This document shows positions 55,298 through 64,000 of a stretch of DNA of 64,000 nt, piece after piece. The position numbers and the translations under genes are program-made. Source of the DNA: Pseudomonadales bacterium (GTDB lineage Bacteria; Pseudomonadota; Gammaproteobacteria; Pseudomonadales; Azotimanducaceae); contig JBKAGC010000001.1 in assembly GCA_046290215.1 (NCBI GenBank), forward strand, positions 2,936-66,935, written 5' to 3'. The notes under the pieces are model-generated. The model did no database searches. It was given only the letters and a program-made list of their open reading frames with translations, and was not told where the DNA came from. Each line of letters starts with the position of its first letter. Within the stretch, counting starts at the first letter, position 1.

Positions 55298-56140
55298 ATG
55301 AGCCAATTAACCATCCAACCGCATCAGGGCGCCGGTGCCGAGATCTTCGGCGTTGATCTGGGCAACCTTAGCGACAACGAATTCAATGCAATACAAAAAG
55401 CCTATGTTGAATATGGCCTGGTATTTTTTCGCGACCAGACCATCACCGAGGAGCAGCATATTGAGCTGGCGAAGCGTTTCGGGCCAATCAATATCAACCG
55501 CTTTTTTACCGCTAATAGCAGCTACCCGGAAATTGCCATGGTCACCAAAGAGGCCAATCAAGAGGTCAATATTGGCGGTGGCTGGCACACGGATCACTCC
55601 TATGACCAGGAGCCTGCCATGGGTTCAATTCTGGTGGCGCGGGAGTTACCGAAACAAGGCGGCGATACCTGGTTTGTCAGCATGTACAACGCTTTAGAGG
55701 GTCTATCAGACGGTCTTCTGGACACCTTAAAGAATCTCAACGCGGTGCATTCAGCGCGACATGTGTTTGGCACCGACACCGAATATCAAAAAGGTACGGG
55801 GGATCGTCTAGGCAACAGCAACACCGCCGATCAGCTGGTGGACCCGGTACACCCTGTGATCATCAAACACCCACTGTCTGGCAAGCCTACTTTGTATGTG
55901 AATCCTGCCTTCACACGTCACTTTGCAGGCTGGACGATTGAAGAGTCCGCGCCACTACTGGGCTACCTTTATCAACATGCGGTGCAGGAAGCGCGCATTT
56001 GTAAATTTAACTGGCAGCCAGGTTCCGTGGCCTTCTGGGACAATCGCGCCACGTGGCACTTCGCCCAGAATGATTACCAGGGCGAGCGCCGTGAAATGCA
56101 TCGCATCACGTTAGATGGCTGCGCCCTGGAAGCTGCCTAG
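55298..56140 (+). CDS. TauD/TfdA-family Fe(II)/2-oxoglutarate dioxygenase
   Basis: 280 aa. The WHTDHSY metal-binding motif and a distal H (...MHRIT) fit the TauD family. Confidence 0.85.
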   Translation: MSQLTIQPHQGAGAEIFGVDLGNLSDNEFNAIQKAYVEYGLVFFRDQTITEEQHIELAKRFGPININRFFTANSSYPEIAMVTKEANQEVNIGGGWHTDHSYDQEPAMGSILVARELPKQGGDTWFVSMYNALEGLSDGLLDTLKNLNAVHSARHVFGTDTEYQKGTGDRLGNSNTADQLVDPVHPVIIKHPLSGKPTLYVNPAFTRHFAGWTIEESAPLLGYLYQHAVQEARICKFNWQPGSVAFWDNRATWHFAQNDYQGERREMHRITLDGCALEAA

Positions 56141-56155
56141 ACCTTTATTGGCCCA

Positions 56156-56908
56156 TCAAAATTCGAGCGGCGTTGGCAAATGCTGCTCGAAGATCCAATC
56201 CCGCTGTTCGATCAAGCGCTGATCAAACGACTCGATAAACTTTACAGTAGAATCGTAGGATTTGCGCAAAAACCCAGGCATCGGATTGATTTCGTGGGGT
56301 TGCGGTTGGAGTAAATTGGAAAAGTAGGCCCAGTATAAATCCGCTGCGGTGAAGCGATCGCCAATGAGATAATGACCAGGCTGTTGCGCCAGGTGGTCAG
56401 CAAGAAACGTTAAAAAGCTTTGCAGTTCTTCTTTTGCTTTGCTGACTACTTGCGGATCATAGAGATAATCTTTCAGCATGGGATTCTTAAAGGCGTTATC
56501 ACCCATGGCCTGGTAGGTGGTATCTAACATCATGGTTCTGGCGTTCCAGGCAAAACCATTTTCACCGGCAATTTCATTAATTAGCCCGACCATTTGCATG
56601 CGCAGCTCACGCTCTGCTGGCACCAGAGAGGGACCTTTGCCAAGTCGTTCAGCAAGGTCAATCAACTCTAACCAGCGCACTCTAGGTGCTTCATCGTTAT
56701 ACATGGCCACCGGCGCATTGCGATGTTTGGTCCAGGCTACCAATTCAGGGTTGGCTTGTCCGCCCTGCTGCAACACCGGGATGAACTCCACCTGATGATG
56801 ACGAAACAAAGCCTTGGCAGACTCGCTCCAGGGACCGGGTACACCGGCGGTGAGAACCAGGCGCAAGCCCGGGAGATCTTTTGCGGCTTCGACGCTTTGA
56901 TATTCCAT
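56156..56908 (-). CDS. glutathione S-transferase-like protein (tentative)
   Basis: 250 aa. A thioredoxin-like N-terminal segment and helical C-terminal half suggest a GST-like fold. No catalytic motif was confirmed. Confidence 0.35.
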   Translation of the reverse strand: MEYQSVEAAKDLPGLRLVLTAGVPGPWSESAKALFRHHQVEFIPVLQQGGQANPELVAWTKHRNAPVAMYNDEAPRVRWLELIDLAERLGKGPSLVPAERELRMQMVGLINEIAGENGFAWNARTMMLDTTYQAMGDNAFKNPMLKDYLYDPQVVSKAKEELQSFLTFLADHLAQQPGHYLIGDRFTAADLYWAYFSNLLQPQPHEINPMPGFLRKSYDSTVKFIESFDQRLIEQRDWIFEQHLPTPLEF

Positions 56909-56911
56909 GGT

Positions 56912-57316
56912 TTAACTCATTTGTAGTAATTCAACCCAGTTACCATCTGGGTCTTCTATGATAGAAATGGTGACACCCGGACGAATGTCAGTGGGCGGCA
57001 CCGCTATCTTATAACCCGCGTCCTGACACTCCTGGGTGGCGGCTTTCAGGTTACTCACAGAAATCGTGAAATACCGGTAACCAGTTGCGCCGCCAATACC
57101 GCCGGGAGGTGCAACCGCTTTCGGCGTTTTTGCATTCACAACAATTTTTAAGGTGGTGGTGCCACACTGTAAGCGCACCATTTTGCCGCCGCCGGGCATA
57201 TCCATTTCACCGTCCACCGGTAAGCCCAGCGTGTCGCGATAAAATTTGAGTACTGCCTCTGCATCCGTTGTGACCAGGCCGAGGTCAACGGAATCCTTGG
57301 TAATTTCCAAAGCCAT
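56912..57316 (-). CDS. VOC/glyoxalase-family protein
   Basis: 134 aa. The motifs are LKFYRDTLGL and ...DPDGNWVELLQ. Confidence 0.7.
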   Translation of the reverse strand: MALEITKDSVDLGLVTTDAEAVLKFYRDTLGLPVDGEMDMPGGGKMVRLQCGTTTLKIVVNAKTPKAVAPPGGIGGATGYRYFTISVSNLKAATQECQDAGYKIAVPPTDIRPGVTISIIEDPDGNWVELLQMS

Positions 57317-57341
57317 TGTCTTTCCTTAAATCTATTGAGAG

Positions 57342-57584
57342 TTAGCCGCCGACGATTCTTGGCATCACAAACACTTCGGCGCCTTCGGGAATGGGTGTTT
57401 CCCAGCTATCACGATAAATCGTGCCATTGATGGCCACGGCGATGCCGTCTTCATCAAACTGACTTAAGCCGGGATAACGATCTTTCAAGCGGGTTAAGAG
57501 TTCACGAATGGTGTCTGCCTCGACTTGCACAGAGTCAGCACCATCCATGACATCTCGTAATGGGCCAGAAACTGAAACCTTCAC
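57342..57584 (-). CDS. MoaD/ThiS-family ubiquitin-like sulfur-carrier protein
   Basis: 80 aa with a beta-grasp-like sequence ending in ...FVMPRIVGG (C-terminal Gly-Gly). Confidence 0.7.
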   Translation of the reverse strand: MKVSVSGPLRDVMDGADSVQVEADTIRELLTRLKDRYPGLSQFDEDGIAVAINGTIYRDSWETPIPEGAEVFVMPRIVGG

Positions 57585-57594
57585 GCTTCAGCCT

Positions 57595-59850
57595 TTACGC
57601 CGCATCATCCTGCTTATTTGCGTCTTGCAGGGCTTTCAAAATCCGCGGTGGCGACATGGGCACCTGGTACATACGCACACCTACCGCGTTCGAGACCGCA
57701 TTGGCAATCGCACCCAGCGGCGGCACGATCGAGGTTTCGCCAACGCCGCGAATACCGTATGGATGATTCGGGTTAGGAATCTCCAAAATCTTGGTATCAA
57801 TGGATGGCAGGTCAGAACACACCGGAATGCGGTAATCCAGGAAGCCAGCATTTTGTAGCAGACCATCGTCACCGTAGATGTATTCCTCGTTCAAGGCCCA
57901 ACCAATACCTTGCGCCGCAGCACCCTGGAATTGTCCTTCCACATAGTCCGGGTGAATGGCTTTACCAGCATCCTGCACCACGGTGTAACGAAGGATTTCA
58001 GTACGACCGGTTTCTGGGTCCACTTCAACGTCCACAATGTGGCTAGCAAAGGACACACCGGCACCATCGGCGGTGGCTTCATGGTGACCAGCAATGGGGC
58101 CACCGGTGTTGCCTGCCTTGGCGGCAATTTCTTTTAAACTCAAAGGTGGCAAGTTGCCATGCTCAGCACCAACCGCGCGGGCTTCACCGTCCTTCCACTC
58201 CACAGCTTCAACGGGGATTTGCCACATTTTCGCGGCACGAGACTTGAGAATCTCAATGGCATCCCGGGCGGCAAAAATCGCGGCCATACCGGATGAGAAC
58301 GTACCACGACTCCCCTCAGTAGTATCGTTATGACCCAGCGATGAGGTATCACCAATGCTGGTTTTCACCTGATCGTACGGGATACCCAGCTCTTCGGCGG
58401 CAATCAAGGCCAACGAAGCGCGCGCACCACCCACATCAATGGTACCCACCGTGAGGTTTACTGAGCCATCCTGGCCAATGTTTAAATCGCAGCAGGTCTG
58501 GCCACCAATGTTAAACCAGAAACCACAGGCCACGCCGCGGCCCTGGTTTTTGCCCAGCTTGGCTTTCATGTGTGGATGATTGCGCACAGCTTCGAGGGTT
58601 GGCTCAATACCAATTGGCCCCCAAACGGGGCCGTAAGGTGCCAGGGTACCTTCGCGGGCCACGTTCTTTAAACGCAGCTCAACAGGGTCCATACCTATTT
58701 CTTTCGCTACCTGGTCAATGGTGCTTTCCACGCCAAAAGCCATCATCGGCGCAGACGGTGCGCGATAAGCGGCAACCTTAGGCCGGTTACATAACACGTT
58801 AACGCCAATGGCCTTGTTGTTGGCAATGTTGTAACAGGCAAAGGCTGTCATACCGCCAAGAGTGCCCCAGATACCTGGGAAGGCGCCGCCCATATAACGA
58901 CATTCGGCGCGAGCGGCGACAATGGTGCCGTCCTTTTTCGCACCAATTTTAATATCCATCGAAGTGGAACAGGTGGGGCCAGAGGCTTTAAACACTTCCT
59001 CGCGGCTCATGACCATTTTCACTGGACGATTCGCCTTACGGGACAATGCCAGAGCAATGGGTTCCATCCACACGTGGGTTTTACCACCAAAACCACCACC
59101 AATCTCTGAAGAGGTGACTTTTAACTTGGCCACATCCATACCCAGCAGTTCGGCACAGGTATTGCGATATGAGAAGTGCCCCTGTGTGGTCACCCAGAGT
59201 TCGCCAGTACCATCAGGACTCACGCTCGCCAAACAGGCATGGGGTTCAATATACCCCTGGTGAGTCTGGCCAGTTTTGTAACTGCGCTCGACAATCACAT
59301 CGGCTTCCTTAAATCCTGCATCCACATCACCATGGCCGAACTCGGCTTTTGACATCAGGTTCGCTGGCTGACCTTCTTTGGCGTAACGAGGCTGAACCGC
59401 AGGCGCATCTGGTTTAAGCGCTTCATCCACGTCGGTAACATGGGGCAGCTTCTCGTAAGTAACCTTAATAAGTTTCAGCGCCTTTTTAGCCGTGGACTTA
59501 TCAATGGCGGCAACCGCCGCCACCGCATGGCCGTCGTACAAAACGCGATCTCGCGCCATGCAGTTTTCTAACGTGTCATACAAACCGGCATTACCGTTGG
59601 TGAGATCTGGCAAATCGGCCGCTGTCACAATGGCTTTGACACCTTTGACCTTCTCGGCCTTGCTGGTGTCGATTTTTTTGATTTTGGCGTGAGCATGAGG
59701 CGAGCGCAGCATTAAGCTAGCAAGCTGACCCGGTGCATTCATGTCTGCGCCATAACGCGCTCGTCCGGTGACCTTGTCTAAACCGTCTGGACGCTTAACT
59801 CTGCTGCCAATAACTTTAAAGTCTTGACCTGTATATGATGAATCACCCAT
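57595..59850 (-). CDS. molybdopterin-binding large subunit of a xanthine dehydrogenase / aldehyde oxidase / CODH-family hydroxylase
   Basis: 751 aa. The family pattern is present (...GGGFGGK..., ...GVGETSIVPPLGAIANAV...). It follows the FAD and 2Fe-2S subunit genes. Confidence 0.85.
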   Translation of the reverse strand: MGDSSYTGQDFKVIGSRVKRPDGLDKVTGRARYGADMNAPGQLASLMLRSPHAHAKIKKIDTSKAEKVKGVKAIVTAADLPDLTNGNAGLYDTLENCMARDRVLYDGHAVAAVAAIDKSTAKKALKLIKVTYEKLPHVTDVDEALKPDAPAVQPRYAKEGQPANLMSKAEFGHGDVDAGFKEADVIVERSYKTGQTHQGYIEPHACLASVSPDGTGELWVTTQGHFSYRNTCAELLGMDVAKLKVTSSEIGGGFGGKTHVWMEPIALALSRKANRPVKMVMSREEVFKASGPTCSTSMDIKIGAKKDGTIVAARAECRYMGGAFPGIWGTLGGMTAFACYNIANNKAIGVNVLCNRPKVAAYRAPSAPMMAFGVESTIDQVAKEIGMDPVELRLKNVAREGTLAPYGPVWGPIGIEPTLEAVRNHPHMKAKLGKNQGRGVACGFWFNIGGQTCCDLNIGQDGSVNLTVGTIDVGGARASLALIAAEELGIPYDQVKTSIGDTSSLGHNDTTEGSRGTFSSGMAAIFAARDAIEILKSRAAKMWQIPVEAVEWKDGEARAVGAEHGNLPPLSLKEIAAKAGNTGGPIAGHHEATADGAGVSFASHIVDVEVDPETGRTEILRYTVVQDAGKAIHPDYVEGQFQGAAAQGIGWALNEEYIYGDDGLLQNAGFLDYRIPVCSDLPSIDTKILEIPNPNHPYGIRGVGETSIVPPLGAIANAVSNAVGVRMYQVPMSPPRILKALQDANKQDDAA

Positions 59851-59859
59851 GTTGGCCCC

Positions 59860-60357
59860 CTACTTCTTCTTAGATTTTTTGGCTTGCTTCTTCAGGTCCT
59901 TGGCAGCTGCCTGGACCGCTTTGACGATCTTGTCGTAGCCGGTGCAACGACATAGATTGCCAGCAAGCGCGTAGCGAATTTCTGTTTCTGTTGGGTCTGG
60001 ATTCTCATCCAGCAATGCTTTAGCTGAAACCAGGAAACCTGGTGTGCAAATACCACATTGCAAGGCAGCGTTATTGATAAATTGCTCCTGCAGCGGGTGC
60101 AATTTTTCGCCGTCAGCCATACCTTCAACGGTAGTGATCTTGCGACCTTCTGCCTCAGCACCTAGCACCAGGCAAGAACACACAAGTTGACCGTCGAGGG
60201 TGATACTACAAGCGCCGCAATCTCCGGTGCCGCAGCCTTCTTTGGCACCCATCAGATTCAAACGATCTCGCAATACATCCAGTAAGGATTCATCCGCAGG
60301 ACAAACAAACTCCACCGGATCATCATTTACCGTGGTTGTTACATGTACTCCAGCCAT
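59860..60357 (-). CDS. (2Fe-2S)-binding small subunit of the molybdo-hydroxylase
   Basis: I prefer the ATG at 60357 (MAGVHVTTTVNDD...). The two Cys clusters are CGTGDCGACS and CGICTPG...CRCTGY. Confidence 0.9.
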   Translation of the reverse strand: MAGVHVTTTVNDDPVEFVCPADESLLDVLRDRLNLMGAKEGCGTGDCGACSITLDGQLVCSCLVLGAEAEGRKITTVEGMADGEKLHPLQEQFINNAALQCGICTPGFLVSAKALLDENPDPTETEIRYALAGNLCRCTGYDKIVKAVQAAAKDLKKQAKKSKKK

Positions 60358-60358
60358 C

Positions 60359-61213
60359 TTACTTACCTCCCGCTCTTTCATATGCAATCTTCGCTGCACG
60401 TTTTGCTAATACGCCCGCCACCTGCTGGCGATATTCTATTGTGCCTCGCTTATCATCAATTGGATTACACGCAGCAGAACACGCTGCCGCAAGGGCTTCT
60501 AATGCCTCGTCGTCAAGCTTCGTGCCGACAATGGCCGCCGCGGCTTCTTTCACAAGGAGCGGCGTCGGCGCGACTGCACCCAGGGCAACCCGGGCCGAGG
60601 CAATCACGCCTTTGGCCAGGGTTAAGTTTACAGCCACACCCACCACAGCAATGTCCATTTCTGTTCTTGGTGTGAATCTCAAATAAGCATCCCCGGATTT
60701 GGGTTTCCTTGCCGGCAGCGTAATCGCTTCAATCACTTCGTCTTTGGCCAGGCTGGTTTTGCCCGGGCCAGTGATGATGTTTTCTACTGCGACCGTGCGA
60801 CGCTTCTTGCCCACAACCACCGCCTTGGCGCCAGCAGCGATCATGGCAGGGACACTATCTGCAGCAGGGGACGCATTACAGAGGTTACCTGCCATGGTGC
60901 AACGACCCTGAATCTGATCAGAGCCAATTAAATTGGCCGCTTCAACCACACCGGGCCAGGCTTTTACGAGCGCTTTGTTTTTACGTAACTGCGCACCAGG
61001 TACCGCGGATCCAATCTTGAAGCCAGAAGCTGTCTTTTTGATTTCGGTCATGGCTGGCACACGTTTAATATCCACCATGAGATCCGGCTCGATCATGTCC
61101 ATACGAAGACGCACTAAGAGATCCGTGCCTCCGGCAAGCACGTAGGCTTTGCCCTTCTCCTTCCCTAATAGCGCCACCACTTCTTTGGTGGTGGTTGGAG
61201 CTTCATATCTCAT
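60359..61213 (-). CDS. FAD-binding (CoxM/XdhB-like) medium subunit of the molybdo-hydroxylase
   Basis: 284 aa. The motifs are LAGGTDLLVRL and ...RGTIEYRQ.... Confidence 0.85.
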   Translation of the reverse strand: MRYEAPTTTKEVVALLGKEKGKAYVLAGGTDLLVRLRMDMIEPDLMVDIKRVPAMTEIKKTASGFKIGSAVPGAQLRKNKALVKAWPGVVEAANLIGSDQIQGRCTMAGNLCNASPAADSVPAMIAAGAKAVVVGKKRRTVAVENIITGPGKTSLAKDEVIEAITLPARKPKSGDAYLRFTPRTEMDIAVVGVAVNLTLAKGVIASARVALGAVAPTPLLVKEAAAAIVGTKLDDEALEALAAACSAACNPIDDKRGTIEYRQQVAGVLAKRAAKIAYERAGGK

Positions 61214-61447
61214 TACGTCCCCCTTAATTTTTGGTATTTACAGCTGAGAAATTCGCGAAGCTTGAGTGTATTGGTTTACAAAGCGGAAGCAAATGGGCTC
61301 AAGCGCTTCTTTCACACCCGTTTTGGAAAAATATTATGTGACGTAGGCCACATTTCTGACAAAATCTTGCGCTTATTTACAAACTCAGCCTATTCATTGG
61401 CCATACTCTATGGAGAATCGCGTTTCCAGCTTCACACAGCACTATTT

Positions 61448-61852
61448 ATGCCTTATTCAGTTAGAGTCAACGAGCAAGCAAAAACCATCACCCTGGCTTG
61501 CTGGAGTACCATAACCATCGACCATCTAATGGACTACGAAAGAGTCTATTGGGGCGGTTTCGAGCACGTGGGTTTCCACCATATCGTTGATCTACAACTG
61601 GCGGAGCTGAATGTTAGCCTCGAGGAGGGCTTGATGCTTGCCACTCACGCCACACCTACTGATCTTAAAGCCTACTCGGGTGCGCGCAGCGCCATGGTAG
61701 CGGCAGATGACGAGCAAGAAATATTGCTACTCGCCTATCGCGACGCGAGGCACGCCATGTGCTCGCCGGATATTCGTGAGGTCAAGGTGTTCCGTGACTT
61801 AGAAGCAGCAAAAGCCTGGATCCAGGAAACTGAGACGGTATTTAACACCTGA
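61448..61852 (+). CDS. hypothetical protein
   Basis: I prefer the ATG at 61448 (MPYSVRVNEQAKT...), giving 134 aa. No family is recognised. Confidence 0.4.
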   Translation: MPYSVRVNEQAKTITLACWSTITIDHLMDYERVYWGGFEHVGFHHIVDLQLAELNVSLEEGLMLATHATPTDLKAYSGARSAMVAADDEQEILLLAYRDARHAMCSPDIREVKVFRDLEAAKAWIQETETVFNT

Positions 61853-61866
61853 TCTTATACACAGAC

Positions 61867-62352
61867 CTAGACAAATCGCCGCGCCAGGCGATCACCAAGG
61901 TAAAAGCCAGCGTAGCTAAAACCCAGCCAAACCCAGCCATTCGCCATATCGATACGATCTGGCCAGTAAAAAAACCAGACAAAGGCATCCACCAGATTCA
62001 TCATCTGGTCCACAAAAAACCTCACCAGGTCTTGAGTGTTCAGCATGTCACGCAAAGCCTGCCAGCCGGGAAAGTTCGTAACAAAGTCGAAGATTTGCTG
62101 TGCTTCAATAACACAGAACGTCAGCAGTGCCATCAGCCCATAATAGCCGCCACCAAAGCTTAGCCATTTCTGATGCAAGTAATTGTTTGAGGGCCGCTCG
62201 CCGTCCAGCGCATCGTCGATGGTCGAGTCCCAGTCATCCTCATCCTCGTCATCAGGATGAATCACGCCATCTTTATAGGCGTAGAAAGTGACGCCGAACG
62301 TGAGGGCGGCAATCGGCAAAAATGCCAGCAAAAACGCTTTGAGAATATCCAT
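61867..62352 (-). CDS. hypothetical membrane protein directly downstream of flgG
   Basis: 161 aa. It has an N-terminal TM helix, an acidic tract (DDEDEDDWD) and further hydrophobic, W/F-rich segments. It lies 75 nt after the flgG stop on the same strand. Confidence 0.5.
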   Translation of the reverse strand: MDILKAFLLAFLPIAALTFGVTFYAYKDGVIHPDDEDEDDWDSTIDDALDGERPSNNYLHQKWLSFGGGYYGLMALLTFCVIEAQQIFDFVTNFPGWQALRDMLNTQDLVRFFVDQMMNLVDAFVWFFYWPDRIDMANGWVWLGFSYAGFYLGDRLARRFV

Positions 62353-62427
62353 CGCTATACATCAGGTTATGAATCAACCACATCAATCAACAGATTGATC
62401 CAGCGAGGATAAAGCAAAATAGAACGT

Positions 62428-63213
62428 TTACAAATTCTGACTCACAAACTGCAGCATCTGGTCCGCAGTGGAAATCACCTTCGAGTTCATTTCATAAGCA
62501 CGTTGGGTAGAAATCATGTTAACCAGTTCTTCCACCACGTTGACGTTGGAATTCTCTAGTGACCCTTGCACCGTGGTACCCAGACCATTTAAGCCCGGCG
62601 TACCTTCTTGAGGCGCACCGCTAGAAGCAGTTTCGCGGAACAGGTTGCCACCGATGGCTTGTAAGCCCGCTGGATTCACAAAGTCTACCAACTGGATATT
62701 ACCAATCTCGGTGGGTTCCACCTCACCGGGTAATGCCACCGATACTGTGCCGTCGGTACCAACAGAAATTGACTGGGCCCCTTCAGGCACCGTCATCGCT
62801 GGCTGGATGGGGTCACCCTGGGACGTGACAATCTGACCATTGGCATCCAAATGGAACTGACCGTCACGGGAATATCCCAGGGTGCCATCGGGCAACTGCA
62901 CCTGTAAAAACCCGCGCCCATTAATGGCAATATCTAAAGCGTTATCAGTAATTTCTAAATCGCCATTGGTAAATACCTTTTGCGTACCCGCGGCGCGAAC
63001 CCCGGTACCTAACTGCAAACCGGATGGCAGTTGGGTTTCCTGGGAAGCCTGCGCACCTGGCTGACGCTGGATTTGATAAAGCAAATCCTGAAACACCGCT
63101 CGATCTTTTTTAAAGCCAACTGTACTAACATTCGCAAGGTTGTTAGAGATGGTAGACAACGCGGTGTCTTGCGCACTCAAACCCGTTTTACTTACCCAAA
63201 GCGCTGATAACAT
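62428..63213 (-). CDS. flgG: flagellar distal rod protein FlgG
   Basis: 261 aa. The N-terminus is MLSALWVSKTGLSAQDTALSTISNNLANVSTVGFKKDR and the C-terminus is a conserved rod motif. Confidence 0.95.
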   Translation of the reverse strand: MLSALWVSKTGLSAQDTALSTISNNLANVSTVGFKKDRAVFQDLLYQIQRQPGAQASQETQLPSGLQLGTGVRAAGTQKVFTNGDLEITDNALDIAINGRGFLQVQLPDGTLGYSRDGQFHLDANGQIVTSQGDPIQPAMTVPEGAQSISVGTDGTVSVALPGEVEPTEIGNIQLVDFVNPAGLQAIGGNLFRETASSGAPQEGTPGLNGLGTTVQGSLENSNVNVVEELVNMISTQRAYEMNSKVISTADQMLQFVSQNL

Positions 63214-63225
63214 GTCATTTCTTCC

Positions 63226-63966
63226 TTAATTTACCTGGAGCAGACGGGCTGCTGATTCATCCATTTCTTCTGCGGTGCGCATCATCTTGACCTGTAACTC
63301 AAATTGTCTTGAGAGCTCTAGAATTTCGGTCATTTCCGCCACGGCGTTAACGTTACTGGTTTCTAAAAATCCAGAAGCCAGGCCAACATCGGCAGCCTCT
63401 GGTTCGATCAGACCATCAATACGTCGGAATAAACCATCAGCACCCTTGGCAAGACCCGCGAGATCAGGGTTCACCAGTTTGATTCGGTTGACCTGGGTTA
63501 ACGCTTCAGGTGTTTGGCCCTGACCGCGAATAGAGACGGTTCCGTCGCGGCCAATCTCGAGCTTTTCAAAGGGCGGCACAACAATTGGGCCACCGTCACC
63601 TAACACAGGAATGCCAGTGCCGGTGCGCAGATTGCCAAGATCATCCACATAAAAGTCACCAGCGCGCGTGAATGCTTCTTCCAGGTTCGGACCTTCTACC
63701 GCGATAAAACCATCACCTTCGATTGCTACATCTAACTCCCGGCCCGTCTCAATCAGGTTACCCGGGCGGAAATCAGTACCTGGGTTTTCTGTGAGTGAAT
63801 ACACACGGCTGGGAAAGTGCTCACCAAATAACTGCATGCTCCGGGCCTGGGCTAAATCCGCACGAAAACCAGTGGTGCGCGCGTTTGCTAGATTGTTAGA
63901 GTGCAGTGATTGCGACTTGGCGTTGTGGCTTGCGCCGGTCATTGAGATGTAAAGCAATCTATCCAT
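63226..63966 (-). CDS. flgF: flagellar proximal rod protein FlgF
   Basis: 246 aa. The N-terminus is MDRLLYISMTGASHNAKSQSLHSNNLANARTTGFRADL.... Confidence 0.9.
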   Translation of the reverse strand: MDRLLYISMTGASHNAKSQSLHSNNLANARTTGFRADLAQARSMQLFGEHFPSRVYSLTENPGTDFRPGNLIETGRELDVAIEGDGFIAVEGPNLEEAFTRAGDFYVDDLGNLRTGTGIPVLGDGGPIVVPPFEKLEIGRDGTVSIRGQGQTPEALTQVNRIKLVNPDLAGLAKGADGLFRRIDGLIEPEAADVGLASGFLETSNVNAVAEMTEILELSRQFELQVKMMRTAEEMDESAARLLQVN

Positions 63967-63970
63967 GAGG

Positions 63971-64000
63971 TTATCTCAGGTTCATGATGGTCTGCGTTAC
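63971..64000 (-). CDS. flgE: 3' end of a flagellar hook protein gene (FlgE-like), 5' part outside the window
   Basis: The open frame ends ...VTQTIMNLR then TAA at 63973-63971, immediately upstream of flgF. Only 9 codons are visible. Confidence 0.5.
   Translation of the reverse strand, partial: VTQTIMNLR

Noticed and set aside
38386-62427. Interpretation of the 24-kb block as a prophage, ICE or transposon
   Set aside because: No integrase, recombinase, transposase, phage structural, conjugation or tRNA gene, and no flanking direct repeat, was visible. Only the synteny break, the REP/MITE copies and a locally lower GC support foreign origin, so I report it only as an insertion or rearrangement.

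Overview
This window looks like the main polar-flagellum region of a gammaproteobacterium, probably a marine Oceanospirillales- or Pseudomonas-like lineage. That lineage call is an inference from gene order only. All flagellar genes lie on the minus strand. Read from 64 kb down to 0 kb they follow the canonical order: flgE(end)-flgF-flgG | flgH-flgI-flgJ-flgK-flgL | flagellin-flaG-fliD | fliS-fliT-like-fleQ-fleS-fleR-fliE-fliF-fliG-fliH-fliI-fliJ, followed by STAS-cheY-cheA. Three blocks of non-canonical genes interrupt this backbone. (1) 12.7-17.1 kb holds a TPR/SAM-methyltransferase, an alpha/beta-hydrolase and a membrane GGDEF cyclase behind a sigma54-like promoter. (2) 26.9-31.7 kb holds a FliT-like gene, a paralogous methyltransferase, a cNMP/rhodanese protein and a truncated DUF2855 gene. 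(3) A 24-kb block at 38.4-62.4 kb splits flgG from flgH. It carries metabolic genes, a seven-gene MoxR/DUF58 membrane cluster, a molybdo-hydroxylase operon, REP/MITE repeats and several orphan genes. The main observations are as follows. A giant flagellin of about 1,990 codons is broken into two same-frame ORFs by a roughly 300-bp zone of frame excursions, and it sits with oversized FliD (942 aa) and FlgK (1013 aa). flgL has lost its C-terminal domain to a similar frame-scrambled zone. An unannotated 53-aa double-glycine-leader peptide lies next to a small zinc-ribbon membrane protein. An AhpD/CMD-family gene has an in-frame TGA exactly at the second Cys of its CxxCxxxH motif, making it a selenocysteine candidate. 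A roughly 30-bp REP family includes one MITE-like inverted pair. FliH contains an 18-bp x 9 in-frame tandem repeat. No rRNA, tRNA, CRISPR array, integrase or transposase was seen. All family assignments come from motifs read by eye in the translations. No database search, alignment or RNA-folding calculation was run.
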